Shown piece by piece: positions 25,112 through 39,186 of a stretch of 64,000 nt of DNA. Below the pieces are notes generated by a model that made no database searches, was not told the DNA's origin, and worked only from the letters and a program-made list of their open reading frames with translations. How positions within the stretch are numbered: position 1 is the stretch's first letter; every line of letters starts with the position of its first letter. Source of the DNA: Malacoraja senta (taxonomy: Eukaryota); assembly GCA_038087875.1 (NCBI GenBank), contig CM075987.1:16928001-16992000 (forward strand). The letters are read 5' to 3'. The position numbers and the translations under genes were made by a program.

Positions 25112-25989
25112 TGGTCTGTCGTTCAGACTGCTGACTGAAGTAAGGTTGAAGTTGTAAAACCCCAGCCAAAGCATCCATTACAGGTGGGATCAATGCTGCA
25201 GGCTAGAAGTGTGTGAATTTTACACTCCGGCTTGGAAAATGCTGGTAACTGCAGACCATGCTTTAGACTAAGTCAGAGGCAAGGAACTTGCTCAAGACCA
25301 TAATCTGGGACAAAGTAAATTACCACTTCAAAAAAACAAATCACAACCTATAGATGACACAAGAAACTACAGATGCTGGTTTACAAAAAAAGACACAGGG
25401 CTGGAGTAACTCACGGGTCAGGCCGCATCTTTGGAGAACGTGCAGAGGTGATGTTTCGGACCCCCTTCACCTGCATCTACATGTCACTGATCAGGATTTG
25501 TCCTGTCCTTCCTTTACATAGGTTTAAGGTGAAGGGGAAAGATTATACTCATTGACCTGACCAATGAAGACGGGCATGCGATATGCCTTCTTTACCACTA
25601 TCTACACACTGATCCAGTCTCTTCACTGCTTTCTCCACAATGCTTCTTGCATTGAAATAAATACCCTGCAGCCCATCAGTTTAACCATATTCCTTCACCT
25701 CTCACTGCCTGTCCTTCCTTTGAGATTTACTTGCACTATCTATTAGAGGTTATGGAGAGAAGACAGGAGAACGGGGTTAGGAGGTAAAGATAGATCATGA
25801 TTGAATGGCAGAGTAGACTTGATGGGCTGAATGGCCTAATTCCATTCCTATCCCTTATGACCTTCCCATCAGTCCATAAGATTTAGTAAGCAGAATTAGG
25901 CCTATCAGCCCACCTTGACATTCCTAGTCAAGAACCTACTAATCTCTGCATCCACAGCTGTCTGTGGCCTTTCATTTTGCTGCTACTCT

Positions 25990-27350
25990 GGATCCCACTC
26001 CCCTGTCACTCTAGTTTAACTCATCCCATGTAGCACTAGTGAACCTCCCTGCAAGGATATTGATTCCCCTTCAGTTCTGGTGCAACCCATTCCTCTTATA
26101 CAGGTCACCTCTGCCCCAGAAGACATCCCAATGGTCCAAAAATTTGAGGCCCTGCCTCTTGCACCAACTCCTCACCCATGCTTTGCTCTGTCCTATCCTC
26201 TTCCTACTAGAATTGGCAGCAGGAGCAATCTAGAGATGACTATCCTTGATCCTGCTTTTTAACCATTTATATATCTTCCTGTATTCACTCTGCCAGCTCT
26301 CAGCACTTTTCACACCTATGTAATTTGTGCAAATGCACAATGACACTGGCTCCTCACCCTTCCCCCTTGAGAATGTTCTATGGCAACTTGGAGACTTGCT
26401 GGATCCTGCACCAGGGACACAACACAACGCCATGTTTGCTGCCATAGAATCTCCCGCCTGGCACCCTAAATAATGGGTCTCCTATCACTATCACTCTGCC
26501 TGGCCATGCCTCAGAATCAGGCCCGACGCCACAGGCCTGACTGCTGCCATCACCGGACAGGGCATTCCCTCCACCAGTATCCAAATAGGTAGGGCTGTTG
26601 TCAAGAGGAATGGTCACAGGGGATTCCTGCACACGCTGCCTATTTCCATTCCTGGTGGTTGCCCATCTACACCCTCCCTGCAACAAGAGCATGACCACCG
26701 TTATTGGCAGAGCACTGCCTGACGGCACCAGTAACCCAGGTTCAATCCTAACTGGATGCTTCGCATGTTCCCCCTGAAGTCAGGTGGGCTTTCCTTCAGG
26801 TGCTTTGGTTTCCTCCCACGTCCCAGGTTAATTGGCCTCTGTAAATGGCCCCTAATATGTAGGGAGTGGATGAGCAAGGGGATAACATAGAACAAGTGTA
26901 AATAGGTGATTGATGGTCGGTGTGGACTCGGTAGGCTAAAGGCCTGTTTCCATGCTGTCTCCTTAAACTAAACTAAAATCTCACAGGACCTCTTAGCTAT
27001 GACACTCTCACGTCGTTGGCTGAGCCTGAGGTCAGCCCGTAGCAGTTCTAGTTCCCTAATGCCGTCTGTAAGGAGCGGCAGCCAGATGCACTTCCCACCG
27101 TAGTGCACAAGGACACGGACTGTCTTCCAAACCCCACATCCTGCAGGAGGAGCAGTGCACCATTCTACCTGCCATCTCTACTGCACTGACCACTAATACA
27201 CTGAGAAAAATTATAGACACAAAAACAACCTGTCGTCACCCTCTGCTCAACCACCTCGCCAAAGCCTCAACACTTACCTTCAAACGCAGCAGTTCACCTC
27301 TACGCACAGCCACTCCCAAAGCAGCTGTTCCCAAGTCTCAACACAGCTAC
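25990..27350 (-). mobile_element. Degraded CR1 5'UTR + ORF1 with a SINE insertion (~26700-26980)
   Basis: Remnants 'VIGDPL' and 'CCVPGA', Cys-rich N-terminus, degenerate gagttaaactag at the ORF1 end. Confidence 0.65.
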
Positions 27351-27589
27351 TCCCAATTCCACATAAGTGATCAGAGCAGGATTAGGCCATTCGGTCCATC
27401 AAGTCTACTCCCCATTTAATCATGGTTGATCTATCTTTCCCTCTTAACCCCATACTCCTGCCTTCTCGCTATAACCCCTGACACCCGTACTAATCAACAA
27501 TCTATTTATCACTGCCTTCAAAATATTTATTGACTTGGTCTCCACAGCCTTCTGTGGCAATTAATTCCACAGATTCATCACCCTGAGCA

Positions 27590-27910
27590 TGTGGTGTAGC
27601 AGACCCAGGTTCGATCCTGACTACGGCTGTTGTCTGTACCTAGTCATAAAGTCATAGAGTAATACAGTGTGGAAACAGGCCCTTCGGCCCAACTTGCCCA
27701 GAGTTTGTACATTCTCCCTGTGACCAGAGTTTTCTCCAGGTGCTCCGGTTTCCTTCCACACTCCAAAGACGTACAGGTTTGTGGGTTAATTGGTTTTGGT
27801 AAAATTGTAAATTATCCCTAGTATGTAGGATAGTGCTTGCGTACGAGGTGATTGCTGGTTGGCACGGACTCGGTGGGCCGAAGGGCCTGTTTCCATGCTT
27901 TATCTCTAAA
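27590..27910 (+). mobile_element. tRNA-derived V-SINE-like repeat (interrupted by a LINE tail)
   Basis: B-box-like ggttcgatcc, central domain shared with 38080-38390, 3' gaagggcctgtttcc. Confidence 0.7.
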
Positions 27911-28309
27911 GCAAGAGGCTGCTGGGTGCTAGAAACAAGATGTCCAGGCTATTGGAGGGATATGGATCACGTGCGAGCAGATGAGATTAGTTTAACGCCG
28001 TATGTTCGACAGAGATATTGTAAGCCCGAAGGGCCTGTTCCTGTTGTGTACTGTTCTATAAATAGGATTGGAAAAGTTGGAGTTCTTGTTCGATGAAAAA
28101 TTATTGGCAAAGTTTAAATTGAAAATGCCTGGCAAAATGTGTAAAATTATCAACAGCAGTAAAGGGAAACAGAGTCAATTTGGAGAGTGTATCATTCTGG
28201 AATAGCTGTAGGAGAGCATGGTGAGGCAGAGTTTGTGGGATTATTTTAAAAAGAACTAAAACAAAAAAATTATGACAAACAGAAATGTATTCTAGCGCAA
28301 ATATGACAA

Positions 28310-28585
28310 ATTGCTGGAGTAACCCAGCAGGTCAAGCAGCATCTTTGGACAACATGGATAGGTGATAGGTGACATCTTGGGACAGGACCCTTCTTCACAC
28401 TGACCTGAGCTAAAACATCACCTATCCGTGTTCTCCACAGATGCTGCCTGACCCGCTGAGTTACTCCAGCACTCTGTGAAACATCACCTATCCTTGTTCT
28501 CCAGAGATGTTGCCTGACCCGCTGAGTTACTCCAGCACCTGTGTCTTCTTTTGTAAGCCAGCATCTGCAGTTCCTTGTTTTCATA
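28310..28585. repeat. Cluster of Penelope-terminal-repeat-derived units (one inverted, two tandem)
   Basis: Repeated aaacatcacctatcc…gatg(c/t)tgcctgacccgctgagttactccagcac. Confidence 0.75.
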
Positions 28586-28754
28586 TTAAAAGCATATCTA
28601 TTTCAAAACACTATTTAACCACCATCATTGCTGCTGGTGTCCTAAAGTCACCTGGTCAGACAGTGAAGACAAAACTTCCATGGAACCTTTGTGGGGAACG
28701 TTTTTTGTTAGTCTTTATCTACAAATATTCAGATATTGTGATTATCACAACTGA

Positions 28755-30255
28755 TAAAACAGATCAGAAGGGCAAAAAGGGGCGAGGAGATAGCTCTGGT
28801 GGGTAGAATTATGGACAATCCCAATAGATTTTATAAATACATAAGGGGGAAAAGGGTAACTAGAGGGAGAGTGTCTGGAGCCACATGAGATGGGCAAGGT
28901 CCTCAATGAGTATATCTCCTCTGTATTTTCCGAGGAGAAAGACAAGTAGGTCGGAGGAAATTGGAGCAGTCACTGTCTTGAGAGCAGTCAGGGTTACCAT
29001 CGAGGAAGTACTGAAGGTACTGTCGTGTTTGAAGGTAGACAAATCTCCAGGGCCTGATCAGATATATCCGAGGACATTACGGGAAACTAGAGAGGAAATT
29101 GCGGGAGCCCTGGTTGAAATTTATGAGTCGTCCTTAAATACAGGATAGGTGCCGGAAGACTGGAGGGTGGCAAATGTTGTGCCTCTTTTCAAGAAGGGCT
29201 GCAGGGAAAATGCTGGGAACTATAGGCTGGTGAGCTTAACATCTGTAGTTGGAAAGTTACTGGAGAGTATTCTGAGGGATTGGATGTACAGGTATTAGGA
29301 TGGGCAAGGTTTGGAGGGAAATGGACCAGGCGCAGGCAAGTGGGACTAGTGTAGCTGGGATATTGTTGGCCGGTGTGGGCAAGTTGGGCCGAAGGGCCTG
29401 TTTCCACATTGTATCACTCTATGACTCTATGGAGTGTGTGGGATAGTTTGATTTATATAAACACAATGTGCAAGTTAATCTGTGCTCACATTATGGTTGT
29501 GGTAGTCTGATGAATTCCCACTCTGCAGCATGTGGGGCATTCTATACATGTGCTAAGGTCACAGTGTGTACAATAGTCTGGACTCACACAGTGTATGGGA
29601 GAAACTGGTGCATAAATAATGGTGCCAAATCTCTGACTGGAGTGTTTGGGACAGTGTTTGGGGCAGTTGTATAGGGCTCTGGTAAGACCACATCTGAAGT
29701 ATTGTGTACAGTTTTGGTCTCCTAATTTGAGGAAGGACATCCTTGTGATTGAGGCAGTACAGCGTAGGTTCACGAGATTGATCCCTGGGATGGCGGGACT
29801 GTCATATGAGGAAAGATTGAAAAGACTAGGCTTGTATTCACTGGAGTTTAGAAGGATGAGGGGGGATCTTATAGAAACATATAAAATTATTAAAGGACTG
29901 GACAAGCTAGATGCAGGAAAAATGTTCCCAATGTTCAGCGAGTCCACAACCAGGGGCCATAGTCTTAGAATAAAGGGGAGGCCATTTAAGACTGAGGTGA
30001 GAAAAAACTTTTTCACCCAGAGAGTTGTGAATTTGTGGAATTCCCTGCCACAGAGGGCAGTGGAGGCCAAATCACTGTATGGATTTAAGAGAGAGTTAGA
30101 TAGAGCTCTAGGGGCTGGTGGAATCAAGGGATATGGGGAGAAGGCAGGCACGGGTTATTGATTGGGGACGATCAGCCATGATCACAATGTGCTGGTGGTG
30201 CTGGCTCGAAGGGCCAAATGACCTCCTCCTGCAACTATTTTCCATGTTTCTATGT
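28755..30255 (+). mobile_element. Two CR1 fragments (28755-29430 and 29662-30255)
   Basis: 'KVDKSPGPDQIYPR' and 'LYRALVRPHLKYCVQFWSP…GTGY', each with a tail. Confidence 0.85.
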
Positions 30256-30600
30256 TTATTCTCGGCTCAGGCTGCACTGTGTGGGTTAGTCTGTGCTAAT
30301 ATTACACTTTGTGAAATTGATGGATTTGTGTTCCCATTGTTTTGTGTGTGATGGTCTTATCTGCAAATGTAGTGTAGGAGAACCTGCTGTGTGCTGTCAC
30401 TGATATGTGTTGGATAGTCTGATCTTTGTTCACCATGGTGTCTGGATAGTCTGTGCTCAGAATACAGCCTGTTGTCATTTTATGGATCAACTGATTTTAG
30501 CAAAGGCTGTCTGCTCCAAGGGAGATAATAGGTAGTCAGTAGGTAACGGCTTCAGGAAGTAGTGGTGTTTTTCTTACAGTGGTTTCTATTCATTTTACAG

Positions 30601-30681
30601 CAGGACCCTATGGAACACGCCTAGTTATTAAAGGTGGTGTAATACCTAGCCGTAGAGCACCAGCATCTGGTCCAGTGCAAG
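30601..30681 (+). CDS. Candidate host-gene exon (81 bp, phase 1-1): GPYGTRLVIKGGVIPSRRAPASGPVQ
   Basis: Acceptor tttctattcattttacag| and donor aag|gtacga. Unique-looking sequence with an open frame. Confidence 0.55.
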
Positions 30682-31554
30682 GTACGAATATCCCATCCAA
30701 CTCTCCATTGTATTTGCTGGGTGCAAATGTCTTGTTTTGCCTCAGCATCTTGGATCTCAGTGCCCTGATTATCACCTCCAAATCATCAAGCAATGGTGGC
30801 AGTATCTCCTCTGATTTTATATGCATTACCTCCAATTGATACGTCTAAGTACCTACAGTGTGACAACCCAAACTGTATATAATATTGTAAGTGTGATCCA
30901 ACCAATGTTTTGTACACCAGTAATATGTCCGCCCATTTCTTGTACTCAATGACTCGTCTCATGAGCAAACACAGCAAAATGCCTTCTTCACTACCCTATC
31001 CACCTGTATCACCACTTTTAGGAAACGATGGCCTTGCACCCCATCTCCCTCTGTACATTAGCAATCCTAAATTAAGTGCCTTTTACTCTGCGTCCTACCA
31101 GAATTTGACTGCCCAGAGTACATGAACTCACACTTGTCTGGAATAAATTGTTAAACAACCTTCGCTATCTACAATTCTGCCAGTTTTTGCAGAGTCTGGA
31201 AGAGATATATAGTCAAGTTGCTCAAGTTCTTTGGGTTTTTGGAGGAGGTGATGGAAGTGATTAATGGGGGTGGATGTTGTCTATGTGAATTTTAGTACGG
31301 TATTTGATAAAGTCCCCCATGGTAGGCTGATCCACAAGATGAAGGTGAACAAGATTGACAGTGCTGTATGGATTTAGAACTGCCTTGCTGACAGATGACG
31401 AAGGGTTGTGATGGAAAGCCGTTATTCTGGCCAGAGCTTTGTGAGCAGTGGAGTTCCATAATTGATTGGACGTAAATGTAGATGGGTTGGTTAACAAGTT
31501 TTCAGATGACACCAAGGTTGCTGGTGTCGTAGACTGTGAAGAAGGCTGTCTAGG

Positions 31555-32215
31555 TTTCAAAGTCCATTTATTGTCACATGTAGCAGTTAAGGTACAGTGA
31601 AATTTGAGTTACCGTACAGCCATACTAAGTGAAAAGCAACAAGACACACAACCACATAAAAGTTAACATAAACATCCATCACAGTGGATTCCACATTCCT
31701 CACTGATGGAAGGCAATAAAGTTCCATCTTCTTCCTCTTGCTCTCCCGCGGTCGGGGCAGTCAAGCCATCCGCAGTCGGGGTGATCAAAGCCCCCGTCAG
31801 GGTGATCGAAACTCCCACGTCGGGGCGGTTGAAACTCTCTTCGCAGCATGGAGCTCCCGAGTCGGCCTCTTCTTACCAGAGACCGCGGGGCTTTACGATG
31901 TTAAAGTCCACAGGTCCCGCGGTTGGAACTTCGATCTCCGGCAAAGGGATCGCAAGCTCCGTGATGTTAAAGTCCCACAGACTCCCGCGGCTTGGAGCAC
32001 CGGGTCGATCTCCAGGAAAGGCCGCCAATTCCATGATGTTAGGCTGGGGACAGAGATACAATACGGGAGAGAATCGCATCTCCATCGAGGCGAGAGATCG
32101 AAAAAAAAGTTTCCCCCAACCACTCCCCACCCCCCACATAAAACAAACCAAGGATCACTAAAACATACTTTTTAATCCGTACTAAAAACAACAAAAACAG
32201 AAAGGACAGCAGGAT
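31555..32215 (-). mobile_element. Non-coding composite retroposon (GC-rich core, AATAAA tail) inserted in degraded CR1
   Basis: Shares blocks with 40865-41260 and 59121-59850. Confidence 0.6.
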
Positions 32216-32944
32216 ATAGATCAGCGACAGAAATGAGCAATGAAATGGCAGATAGAGTTTAATCCAAGCAAGTGTTAGATGTTGTGTCAAATGTAATGGG
32301 GGAATATAAATTAATGGCATGACCCTTAACAGCATTGATGTACAGAGGAACCTTGGAGTCCAAGTCCATAACTCCCTGAAATTGGCAACGTAAGTAGGGT
32401 GGTAAAGAAAGCATATGGTATTCTTGCTTTCATAGGTCAGGGCATTGAGTATACAAGTCAGGAGGTCACAGTGGAACTGTATAGGACTTTGGTCGGGCCG
32501 CATTTGGAGTATTGTGTGCCGTTCTGGTTGCCCTATCACAGGAAGGATGTGGTGGCTTTGGAGAGGGTGCAGGAGAGGTTTACCAGAATTATGCCTGGTT
32601 TAGAGGCTATTAACAACTTGGAGATGTGTAGCCATACCCCTTGGTCTCTCTGTTCTACAACGTTCCCCAGGGTCTGGCCATGTAAGATAGACATAAAATG
32701 CTGGAGGAACTCAGCGGCCAGGCAGTATCTCTGGAGAAAGGAAATAGCTGACGTTTCGGGTCGAGACCCTTATTCAGACCTGAAGTATCTATCTTTGGTG
32801 TAAACCAGCATCTGCAGTTCCTTCCTACACATTTTGTCTGGTCATGTAACACCTCACGTGGTTTAATTTACCAAAAGCCACACTTGTAGGAGTTAAATTC
32901 CATTTGCAAATCCTTGGCTCATTTTCTCAGTTTTCTCAGTTTTA

Positions 32945-34192
32945 AGCGGACTTTTCTTCCGCTTTTAACACAGTCAACACGGTCACCCTCTGCAACCGCC
33001 TTCTGGATCTACAAGTCAACCCATCACTTATCCTGTGGATAAAAGACTTCCTGCAGGACCCCCCTCAGCATGTGGTAGTAAATGGTTTTAAATCCAAGAA
33101 CATGATTTTAAACACTGGTGTCCCCCAGGGTTGTGTTTTATCACCGATTTTATTTTCCATCTACACAGACAACATAACAAACAATAACAGTGACATTTCC
33201 CTTTTTAAGTATGCAGACGATATGGCCCTGGTGGCCCACATCAAGGATCACACTTCTCTGGCTGCCTATCATCAGCAGGTCAACACCCTGATGCTGTGGA
33301 TCAAAGAGAGCTCTCTGGAGCTTAACATCTCCAAGACCAAGGAGCTGTGTTGTGGGGGGAGGCGAACATCTTCCCCCCAACCTCTCTTTGAACCTCTGAG
33401 GCTGAATGGGCAGACAGTTGAGCAGGTAGAGGCTTTTAGATACCTGGGCACAGAGATTGACACCCGCCTGTCCTTCTCCCAGCACACAGACTCTGTGTAC
33501 AAGAAGGCACAGCAACGCCTGTTCCTGCTGAGGAAACTCAGGAGATTTGATGTCAGACAGGACATTTTAACAGCTATCTATAAATCACTTATAGAATCTG
33601 TACTCACCTTTAACATCACATCCTGGTTCACCCTCACCTCTGTCAAAGACAAATCAAAGCTTTCCCGGATCATCAATCAAGCAAGCAAAATAACTGGCAA
33701 AACTCAAAATCAATTATCAGTACTTCACACCCAGGCAGTTAAAAGGAAAGCCAACCTCATTACACAGGATCCCACCCACCCCCTGCACAAGTCCTTCCAA
33801 CTTCTGCCATCAGGCCGCCGATATAAAGGACAAAGGACAAAGGACAAAGGACATTTATTGTCACATAAAGTCCCCCTATCTAAGAAAAACATCCACAAAA
33901 ACTCATTCATACCCATTGCCATAAACAGCTTAAATAAAAAATGAACAATGGACAAATTAACCCTGACGCACTGTCACTTTACATGTATCCACAGCTTTCA
34001 TCTTGTCTATTTTTACAGTTTTTAATCCTTATACTTGCTTTTAAGATCTATACACACGGTGTGTGCTCGCAGAAATCTGTGTTGTATGACTGCTTATCAG
34101 TACATTGTCCTGTTTGTATGTTGAGCCACGCCAAAGAAGATTTTCTGTTACGACAGACAATAAAGTTTTCTGAATCTGAATCTGAATCTGAA
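32945..34192 (+). mobile_element. Rex1/Babar-like LINE 3' fragment (RT C-terminal half, open frame 33072-33944)
   Basis: 'TGVPQGCVLSPILFSIYT', 'KYADD', 'LNISKTKEL', 'KKAQQRLFLLRKL', 'LPSGRRY' and 'SFIP'. Tail aataaa…(tctgaa)n. Confidence 0.85.
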
Positions 34193-34638
34193 CCTTGTTT
34201 TAAAACTGTTTTAATCTTAGATGAGCTTCCTCAATGTCTACAACACCATCAATTTTGATGTAATCCACAAACTTACTACCCATGCCAACTACATTCTCAT
34301 TCAAATCATAAGTATGAAAGATGAAATCAAATCTATGAGATGTGGTAGGATGATTCAGCTGTAATCAGGCAACTGAATCATCCTACCACAACCAGAGAGC
34401 AGTCCTGAAACACGATCTACCTCATTGGTGACGCTTGGACTTTCCTTGATCGGACTTTGCCAGTTTTTTCTTGCACTAAACGTTATTCCCTTATCATGTA
34501 TCTATACACTGTAAATGTCTGGATTGTAATCATGTATTGTCTTTCAATGTACACGTGACAATAAACTAAAAACTAAACTGTTATTTTCCACACACAATGC
34601 CACGATGACTTCTTAATCAGTCCTTGCCCTTCCTTTTT

Positions 34639-34668
34639 CTGAAGAAGGGTTTTGGCCCGAAACGTTAC
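34639..34668 (+). ncRNA. Minimal hammerhead ribozyme core in a Penelope-derived repeat
   Basis: CUGAAGA-a-GGGUU uu GGCCC-GAAAC GUU. Stem III is reduced to the palindrome ACGU and stem I is unclear. Confidence 0.55.
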
Positions 34669-37600
34669 CTATTTCCTTCGCTCCATAGATGCTGCTGCAC
34701 CCGCTGAGTTTCTCCAGCACCTTGCCCTTCCAATAGTAGGTAGATCCTGTCTGGATAGGTATAGGAGTGGTGGGTATAAGGAAGGAGATGCCATAGGAGG
34801 TAGTTGAGGCAGGTACAGCAATTAAAAACACTTGGACAGGTGCGTGGATACGAAAGGTTTAGAGGCTAAACGCAGGCAACAGGAGGATGAGGGGTGGTCT
34901 TATAGAGGGGAGATGAATAGATCGGGTGAACGCAGTCAGGGTAAACCAAGAGTAGAGGAATGGAAAACCAGAGGACAACATAAGATCATAAGTGATAGGA
35001 GTAGAAATAGGCCATTAGGCCAATCAAGTCTACCCTGCCATTCAATCATGGCTGAACTATCTCTCCCTCCTAACCCCATTCTCCTGCCTTCTCCCCATAA
35101 CATCAGACACCTGTACTAATCAATAATCTATCTATCTCTGCCTTAAATATATCCACTGACTGCCCCTACAGCCTTATGTGGCAAAGAATTCCACAGATTC
35201 ACCACCATCTGACTAAAGAAATTCCTCCTCATCTCCTTCCCAATAAAACGTCCTTTAATTCTGAGGCTATGACCTCTAGTCCTAGACCCTCCCACTAGTG
35301 GAAACATCCTCTCCACATCCACTCTATCCAAGCCTTTCACTATTCTGTACATTTTAATGAGATCTGCCCTCATTCTTCTGTACAGGCCCAGTGCCGTCAA
35401 ACGCTCATCATATGTTAACCTACTCAATCCTGAGATCATTCTTGTAAACCTCTGGTCCCTCTCCAGAGCCAGCAAATCCATCCTCAGATATGGTGCCCAA
35501 AATTGTTTAGACTATTCCAAATGCTGCCTGACCTGCGCCTTTTAAAGCCTCAGCATTACATCCCTGTTTTTGTATACAAGCAAAATCTTACTGCAGCAGG
35601 TAGAGCTGCCAGAGAACTGGATTTGATCCTGGCCTCGTGCAGTTTATGCATTCTCCCTGTAACTGCGTAGATTTCATCCGGGTGCTCCAGGCTCCTCCCA
35701 CATCCCAAAGAGATGTGGGCTTGTAGGTTAATTAGCCTCTATAAATTGCCCCAAGTGTGAAAAGTGTGATCATATAGAACTAGTGTACATGGGTGATCAA
35801 TGGTCGGCGAGGCTGAAGAACCTGATTCTATGCTGTATTTTTCAATCTAATTTCCCTTGCTTCACACAATGTTCTTACATACACCTGGTCAGACCCTGAC
35901 GATTTATCCACCTTCATAGAGTTATACAGTGTGGAAACAGGCCCTTCGGCCCAACATGACCCTGCCGACCAACATGGCCCATATCCTAACTAGTCCCACC
36001 TGCCTGCATTTGGCCCATATCCCTCTAAACCTACCCTATACATGTACCCTTCTAAATGTTTCTTAAATGCTGCGATAGTACCTGCTTCAACTACCTCCTC
36101 CAGCATTTCATACACCTACCACCATTTGTCTAAAAAAAATTTACCCCTCAGATTCCTATTAAATCTTTCGCCCCCCACCTTAAACCTGCGTCCCCGATTC
36201 TCCTCCTGTGGACGAAAGACTCTGCATTTACCCAACCTTTTCTTCTTACCTCTATAAGATCACCACTCATCATTCTGCACTCCGTGGAATAAAGGCGTAG
36301 CCTACTCAACCTCTCCCTATAGCTCAGGCCCTTGAGATCCTAGTAATATCTTTGTAAATCTTCTCTGCACACTTTCTAGCTGGACAACATCTTATAACAT
36401 GGTGACCAAAACTGAACAGGATACTTTAAATGTATTTAAAGTTATTTACAATATATATTAATTATTTAGATGAGGGAATTAAATGTGACATCCCCAAGTT
36501 TGCGGATGACACAAAGCAGGGTGGCAGTGTGAGCTGTGAGGAGGAGGCTATAAGGCTGCAGGGTGACTTGGATAGTGGGCAGATGCAGTATAATGCGGAT
36601 AAATGTGAGGTATCAACTTTGGTGGCAAGAACAGGAAGGCAGATTATTATCTGAATGGTGTCAGATTAGGAAAAGGGGAGGTGCAACGAGACCTGGGTGT
36701 GCTTGTACATCAGTCACTGAAAGTAAGCATGCAGGTACAACAGGAAGTGAAGAAAGCTAATGGCATGTTGGCCTTCATTGCGAGAGGATTTGAGTTTAGG
36801 AGTCCTACTAAAGTTGTACAGGGCCCTAGTGAGACCACACCTGGAGTATTGTGTGCAAACTTAGTCTCCTAATTTAAGGATTAAAGAAGGACATTCTTGC
36901 TATTGAGGGAGTGCAGTAGGTTCACCTGGTTAATTCCCGGGATGGTGGGACTGACAAATGATGAAAGAATGGGTCGACTGGGCTTGTATTCACTGGAATT
37001 TAGAAGGATGAGAGGAGATCTCATAGAAGCATATAAAATTGGACAGGCTAAATGCAGGAAAAATGATCCTGATGTTGGGGGAGTCCAGAACCAGGGGTCA
37101 CAGTTTAAGAATATGGCGGAATAAGGCCATTTAGTATTGAGATGAGGAAAAACCTTTTCACTCAGAGAGTTGTGAATCTGTGGAATTCTCTGCCACAGAA
37201 GGCAGTGGAGGCTAATTCACAGGATGTTTTCAATAGACAATAGGTGCAAGAGTAGGCCATTTGGCCTTTCGAGCCAGCACCGCCATTCAATGTGATCATG
37301 GCTGATCATCCCCAATCAGTACCCCGATCCTGCCTTCTCTCCATATCCCCTGACCGCTATTTTTAAGAGCCCTATCTAGCTCTCTCTTGAAAGCATCCAG
37401 AGAACCTGCCTCCACCGCCCTCTGAGGCAGAGAATTCCACAGACTCACCACTCTGTGAGAAAAAGTGTTTCCTCGTCACCGTTCAAGATAGAGTTAGATT
37501 TAGCACTTAGGGCTAAAGGAATCAAGGGATATGGGGAACAAGCAGGAACGGGATACTGATTTTAGATAATCAGCCATGATCATATTGAATGGCGGTGCTG

Positions 37601-38079
37601 GCTCGAAGGGCCACATGGCCTACTCCTGCACCTATTTTTCTATGTTTCTATGTAGCCTCACCAACATCTTATATAACTGTAACAAATCCTTCCAACTTCT
37701 ATACTAAGTACTTGGACCACCCTATCTACCTGTAACATCACTGTCAAATAACTATGTAGCTACACTGCTGGAACCTAGATTGATGTGCTTTAAGACCACC
37801 AGCACCTCCTCTTTTGTAATGTGGATATGTTTAAAAATGTGACTACACTCTTTATCGAATTCCTAACTTCCATTCATGGTAAATACATATGAGAAATGTT
37901 CATTTAGTCCTCTTGAAATAAATGCTAGCATTGTGTTTGCCTTCCTTACTATCGATTCAACTTGCAAATTAACTTTTTGGGAATCCTGCACCAGCACTCC
38001 CAAGTCCCTTTGCACTTCTGATTTCTGGATTCCCTCTCCATTTAGAAAATTGTCTACGCCTTTATTCTTATTACCAAAA

Positions 38080-38390
38080 CGGTGGCACAGCGGTAGAGTT
38101 GCTGCCTCACAGCGAATGCAGTGCCGGAGACCCGGGTCCAATCCCGACTAAGGGTGCTGTCTGTACGGAGTTTGTACGTCCTCCCCGTGACCTGCATGGG
38201 TTTTCTCCGAGATCTTCGATTTCCTACCACACACCAAAGACGTACAGGTTTGTAGGTTAATTGGCTTGGTAAATGTAAAAAATGTCCCTAGTGCGTGTAG
38301 GATAGTGTTAATGTGTGGGGATCGTTGGTCGGCGCGGATCCAGTCGGCGCTGACCCTGAAGGGCCTGTTTCCGCGCTGTATCTAAACTAA
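38080..38390 (+). mobile_element. Near full-length tRNA-derived V-SINE-like element
   Basis: A-box-like tggcacagcgg, B-box-like gggtccaatcc, central conserved domain, tail ctaaactaaa. The host CR1 rejoins as accaaaa|tgcatgac. Confidence 0.8.
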
Positions 38391-38954
38391 AATGCATGAC
38401 TCCGCACTTTGCTATACTGAATTTCATCTGCCACTTCTCTGCCCACTATCCTAACCTGTCCCTGTTTTCTCTACACTACCTGCCCCTCCACCTATTTTCA
38501 TATCATCTGCAAACTTGGCCACAAAGCCTTCAATCCCCTCGTCCAAATCATTAATATACAACGTGAAGAGTAGCGGCCCCAGCACCGACCCCTACAGAAC
38601 TCCGCTAGTCACTGGCAACCAACCAGAAAAATCCCCCTTTATTGCCACTCTTTGTCTTCTGCCATCCAGCCAACCTGCTATCCATGCTAGTATCTTCCCT
38701 TTGATACCGTGGGCTCTCATCTTCCTTAGCAGCCTCACACGTGGCTCCTTATCAAAGGCTTTCTGAAAATCCAGGTAAACAACATCTACTGACTCTCCTT
38801 TGTCTGTCCTGCTATTTACTTCTTCAAAGAATTCCAGCAAATTTGTCAGGCAAGACCTCCCCTTCACAAAGCCATGCTGACTTTGGCCTTTTATCGTGAA
38901 CTTCTGAGTACTCCGTAACCTCATCCTTTATAATGGACTCTAAAATCTTACCAA

Positions 38955-39186
38955 TGTGCAAAACTGAGAGATATAGGAAGTCTTGTATACCAGCTGCTAT
39001 AAGGTTTTATAATGCACAAACATAATTTTGCATTTTTTAGTATTCATTCATTGTATTTAACTTATTAAGTATGGAAGCTATCTGAGGAAATGTGTGGTGT
39101 TATGTCTGTCTTGAAGCTGTTGTGGCACTGTAATTTCCTGTAAAGGATTATTAAAGGATCTATCTATCTATCTATCTATCTATCTA
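38955..39186 (+). mobile_element. Rex1/Babar-like extreme 3' end with (atct)n tail
   Basis: Translates 'KTERYRKSCIPAAIRFYN'. Interrupts a CR1. Confidence 0.7.

Noticed and set aside
24731..25193. ORFs through the minisatellite (e.g. CCHGGPFYIE or TEDHSTSNAA repeats)
   Set aside because: Open frames follow automatically from a stop-poor 30-bp unit; no convincing splice sites or homology.
38080..38150. tRNA gene
   Set aside because: The A/B-box region is the head of a SINE and no complete cloverleaf is present.
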